Assembly (NCBI GenBank): GCA_014192625.1 | Contig: BJHM01000008.1 | Coordinates: forward strand, 66,944-130,943 | Length of the DNA: 64,000 nt | Direction of reading: 5' to 3' | DNA from: Planctomycetota bacterium | GTDB lineage: Bacteria > Planctomycetota > UBA1135 > UBA2386 | Part shown: piece after piece, positions 62,271 to 64,000 of the stretch | Layout of the letters: each line of letters starts with the position of its first letter | Position numbering within the stretch: position 1 is the first letter of the stretch | Notes under the pieces: generated by a model | What the model was told of the DNA's origin: nothing | What the model saw: the letters and a program-made list of their open reading frames with translations, nothing else | Database searches by the model: none | Translations under genes and position numbers: made by a program

Positions 62271-63553
62271 CGCACGGGACCCAGCGTGGCAGGCAAGTGC
62301 CGCCAAAAAAAGATGACCAGGATGATGAGCAGAATTGCCAACATGACGCGGAACGACCGACTGAGCCGGCCGAATGCGCGGATCGACAGCAACAGGTGCG
62401 AAAAAGGTCCACTGCTGACCAGCGAACTGACCAAGCGGACCGGCAGCAGAATGCAAAAGATCACCAAGTCGAACACGCGAAACAATTGCCTGACAAGGAA
62501 GGCCATCAGACCGCGCGGCGCGGCTTCTTTTCGCCACGGCAAGCCATAGGGACTAAGACTCGAGTCCCGCGGCAATGCTGGCGCCATTTGAGCGCTGCTA
62601 CGTACGGCAGTCGGGCGTGGCACATGGCCCGCAGCCAGCGCATCAGGTGCGGGCTTTGGCAGCATAAAACTCTCCCCCAATGCCACTGGCGCATGTAGAT
62701 CGCGCAGCAGTTCTGCCGCCGAGGCATAGCGGGCCTCGGGCTTTTTATGCAGGCAACGCTGCAGGACCCGTCGATCGGCATCGAGCATCGAAGCGGGGAA
62801 GGCCGGTGATTCGACTTCGTGCTTTTTCAGCACCTCCCACTCTGAGTCGCCCTTGAACGGGACATCCCCGCATAAGCACTCGTAAAGCATGATGCCCAGC
62901 GAATAGATATCGCTGCGCGAGTCGCCACGCCGTTGCAGCATCTCAGGTGCCATGTAGTAGGGCGTGCCTCGGCCGAACGAGAGCGAGTTGCGAGACTCCG
63001 TCACCAACTTGCTGAGCCCGAAGTCGCCGACCCGTGCAACCTCACCCTTGAGAAAAATGTTTGCGGGCTTCAGGTCGAAATGCACCAGCGATCGTTCATG
63101 CAGCGCCTGCACACCGCGCGCGACCTGGATGAAGATCTTCAGCGCATCTTCGCGCTGCATCGGCCCTGCACTGATGCGCTTTTGCAGTGTCTCTTGGCCG
63201 GCATAGCTCATTACCAAATACGGGATGCCATCGACCTCGCCTTTGTCCTCAATCGAAACCAGGTTGGGATGATCAATCTGCGCGAAGTGTTGCACCGAGT
63301 CGATCTCGCGCAAAACGGCGTCGCGCACCGACTCGTCATCGACCTTCAAGAACTTGATCGCATAGTCCTTGCCGATGGATTCTTTTCGCGCCTTGTAGAC
63401 CAGTCCAAACATGCCGCCGCCGAGCTTGTTGATGATCTCAAAGCCCTGCACATAACCTGGCTTGCGATAGTTGCGATAGAACGCCTCCCAATCGATGCTC
63501 GGCGATGGTTCTTTTGCAGGCTGATTCATGGGACTTCGGGCGAACGAGGCCAC
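62267..63553 (-). CDS. Hanks-type Ser/Thr protein kinase with C-terminal transmembrane region
   Basis: GGGMFGLVYKA, AIKFLK, HFDLKPANIFL, DFGLSK, GTPYYMAPE. Two hydrophobic helices at the C-terminus. GTG 63553 or ATG 63529 as start. Confidence 0.9.
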   Translation of the reverse strand: MASFARSPMNQPAKEPSPSIDWEAFYRNYRKPGYVQGFEIINKLGGGMFGLVYKARKESIGKDYAIKFLKVDDESVRDAVLREIDSVQHFAQIDHPNLVSIEDKGEVDGIPYLVMSYAGQETLQKRISAGPMQREDALKIFIQVARGVQALHERSLVHFDLKPANIFLKGEVARVGDFGLSKLVTESRNSLSFGRGTPYYMAPEMLQRRGDSRSDIYSLGIMLYECLCGDVPFKGDSEWEVLKKHEVESPAFPASMLDADRRVLQRCLHKKPEARYASAAELLRDLHAPVALGESFMLPKPAPDALAAGHVPRPTAVRSSAQMAPALPRDSSLSPYGLPWRKEAAPRGLMAFLVRQLFRVFDLVIFCILLPVRLVSSLVSSGPFSHLLLSIRAFGRLSRSFRVMLAILLIILVIFFWRHLPATLGPVR

Positions 63554-63559
63554 TGGATG

Positions 63560-63991
63560 CTACAGAGCAAACGCCAAGGCCGGGATCGTTGAGCCGAGCA
63601 ACAGACCCGCCATTTGCAATCGGCCGGTCATGTAGCCACGCGAGAGTCGATCAAGCCAGCCAATGCCCATCGCCAGCATGGTCCAGAACACCACGGTTCC
63701 ACCGGAGGTCATCAGCAGACGATGATTGAGCCGCGACAGCGCACTGCGCAATTGGCCTTCGCCTTTGGTTATCTGTAATGGTTCCTCGCGAACCCAAAGA
63801 GTGGTCTGAAAACTACTGCCAAACTCATGCTCGCGGCGGCGGTCTTCACGGTCGACGACGCACATTCCTGTCATGGCCTGCTCGCTCTGCCCCCATTGCA
63901 GAATAGTTTTTTCGGCCAACATCGTCGGCACCCAGAACGGGCTCATCTCGGCAATCAACGGCTTTGCGCGCATAAGCCAGCGTTCTTGCAT
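63560..63991 (-). CDS. hypothetical membrane protein (5' end may lie beyond the window)
   Basis: The frame stays open to base 64000. C-terminal hydrophobic helices (VVFWTMLAMGIGWL, LLLGSTIPALAFAL). The stop lies 6 nt before the kinase start. No family recognised. Confidence 0.45.
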   Translation of the reverse strand: MQERWLMRAKPLIAEMSPFWVPTMLAEKTILQWGQSEQAMTGMCVVDREDRRREHEFGSSFQTTLWVREEPLQITKGEGQLRSALSRLNHRLLMTSGGTVVFWTMLAMGIGWLDRLSRGYMTGRLQMAGLLLGSTIPALAFAL

Positions 63992-64000
63992 TTGCGCATG

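Overview
64 kb of a tightly packed, high-GC bacterial chromosome. I call about 49 protein-coding genes. I recognised no rRNA, tRNA, CRISPR array, transposase or integrase. The gene content points to a Planctomycetota/PVC-type organism: a PSCyt/DUF1549/DUF1553 giant paired with a Tat-signal DUF1501 protein, a double DUF1080 protein, many lipoproteins, two ECF sigma/anti-sigma modules and a Ser/Thr kinase. This taxonomic call is an inference; no search was run. Housekeeping blocks are class II ribonucleotide reductase nrdJ, gatCAB, guaBA, acnA and an ABC-2 exporter. Accessory blocks are: a six-gene oxidative, non-phosphorylative 6-deoxy-L-hexose (L-fucose/L-rhamnose type) pathway, 518-6762; the prkA-yeaH-spoVR(ycgB) stress module, 18242-22911; tandem M28 lipoprotein peptidases; an ECF sigma with an 846-aa anti-sigma; and a kinase-ECF sigma-ZAS-like-coiled-coil cassette, 60356-63553. 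The best candidate for something undescribed is at 49517-53081. There an 871-aa tandem U32 (Fe-S, TrhP/RlhA/UbiUV-family) protein overlaps the start of the tRNA hydroxylase gene miaE by 11 nt. It sits 39 bp from a divergent stand-alone AroQ chorismate mutase, which makes prephenate. This suggests a prephenate-dependent, O2-independent hydroxylation module paired with its O2-dependent counterpart. The second candidate is a translationally coupled trio at 11258-17312: an Ig-repeat HExxH lipoprotein, a secreted HEAT-repeat protein, and a 697-aa HhH/winged-helix protein. It lies in a visibly AT-richer segment. Also notable are an aconitase with a 97-residue acid-free Lys-rich tail, a GmhB-like HAD protein with substituted catalytic Asp residues, and a 668-bp structured intergenic region. 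All functional calls come from motif recognition in the supplied translations. No database search was possible.
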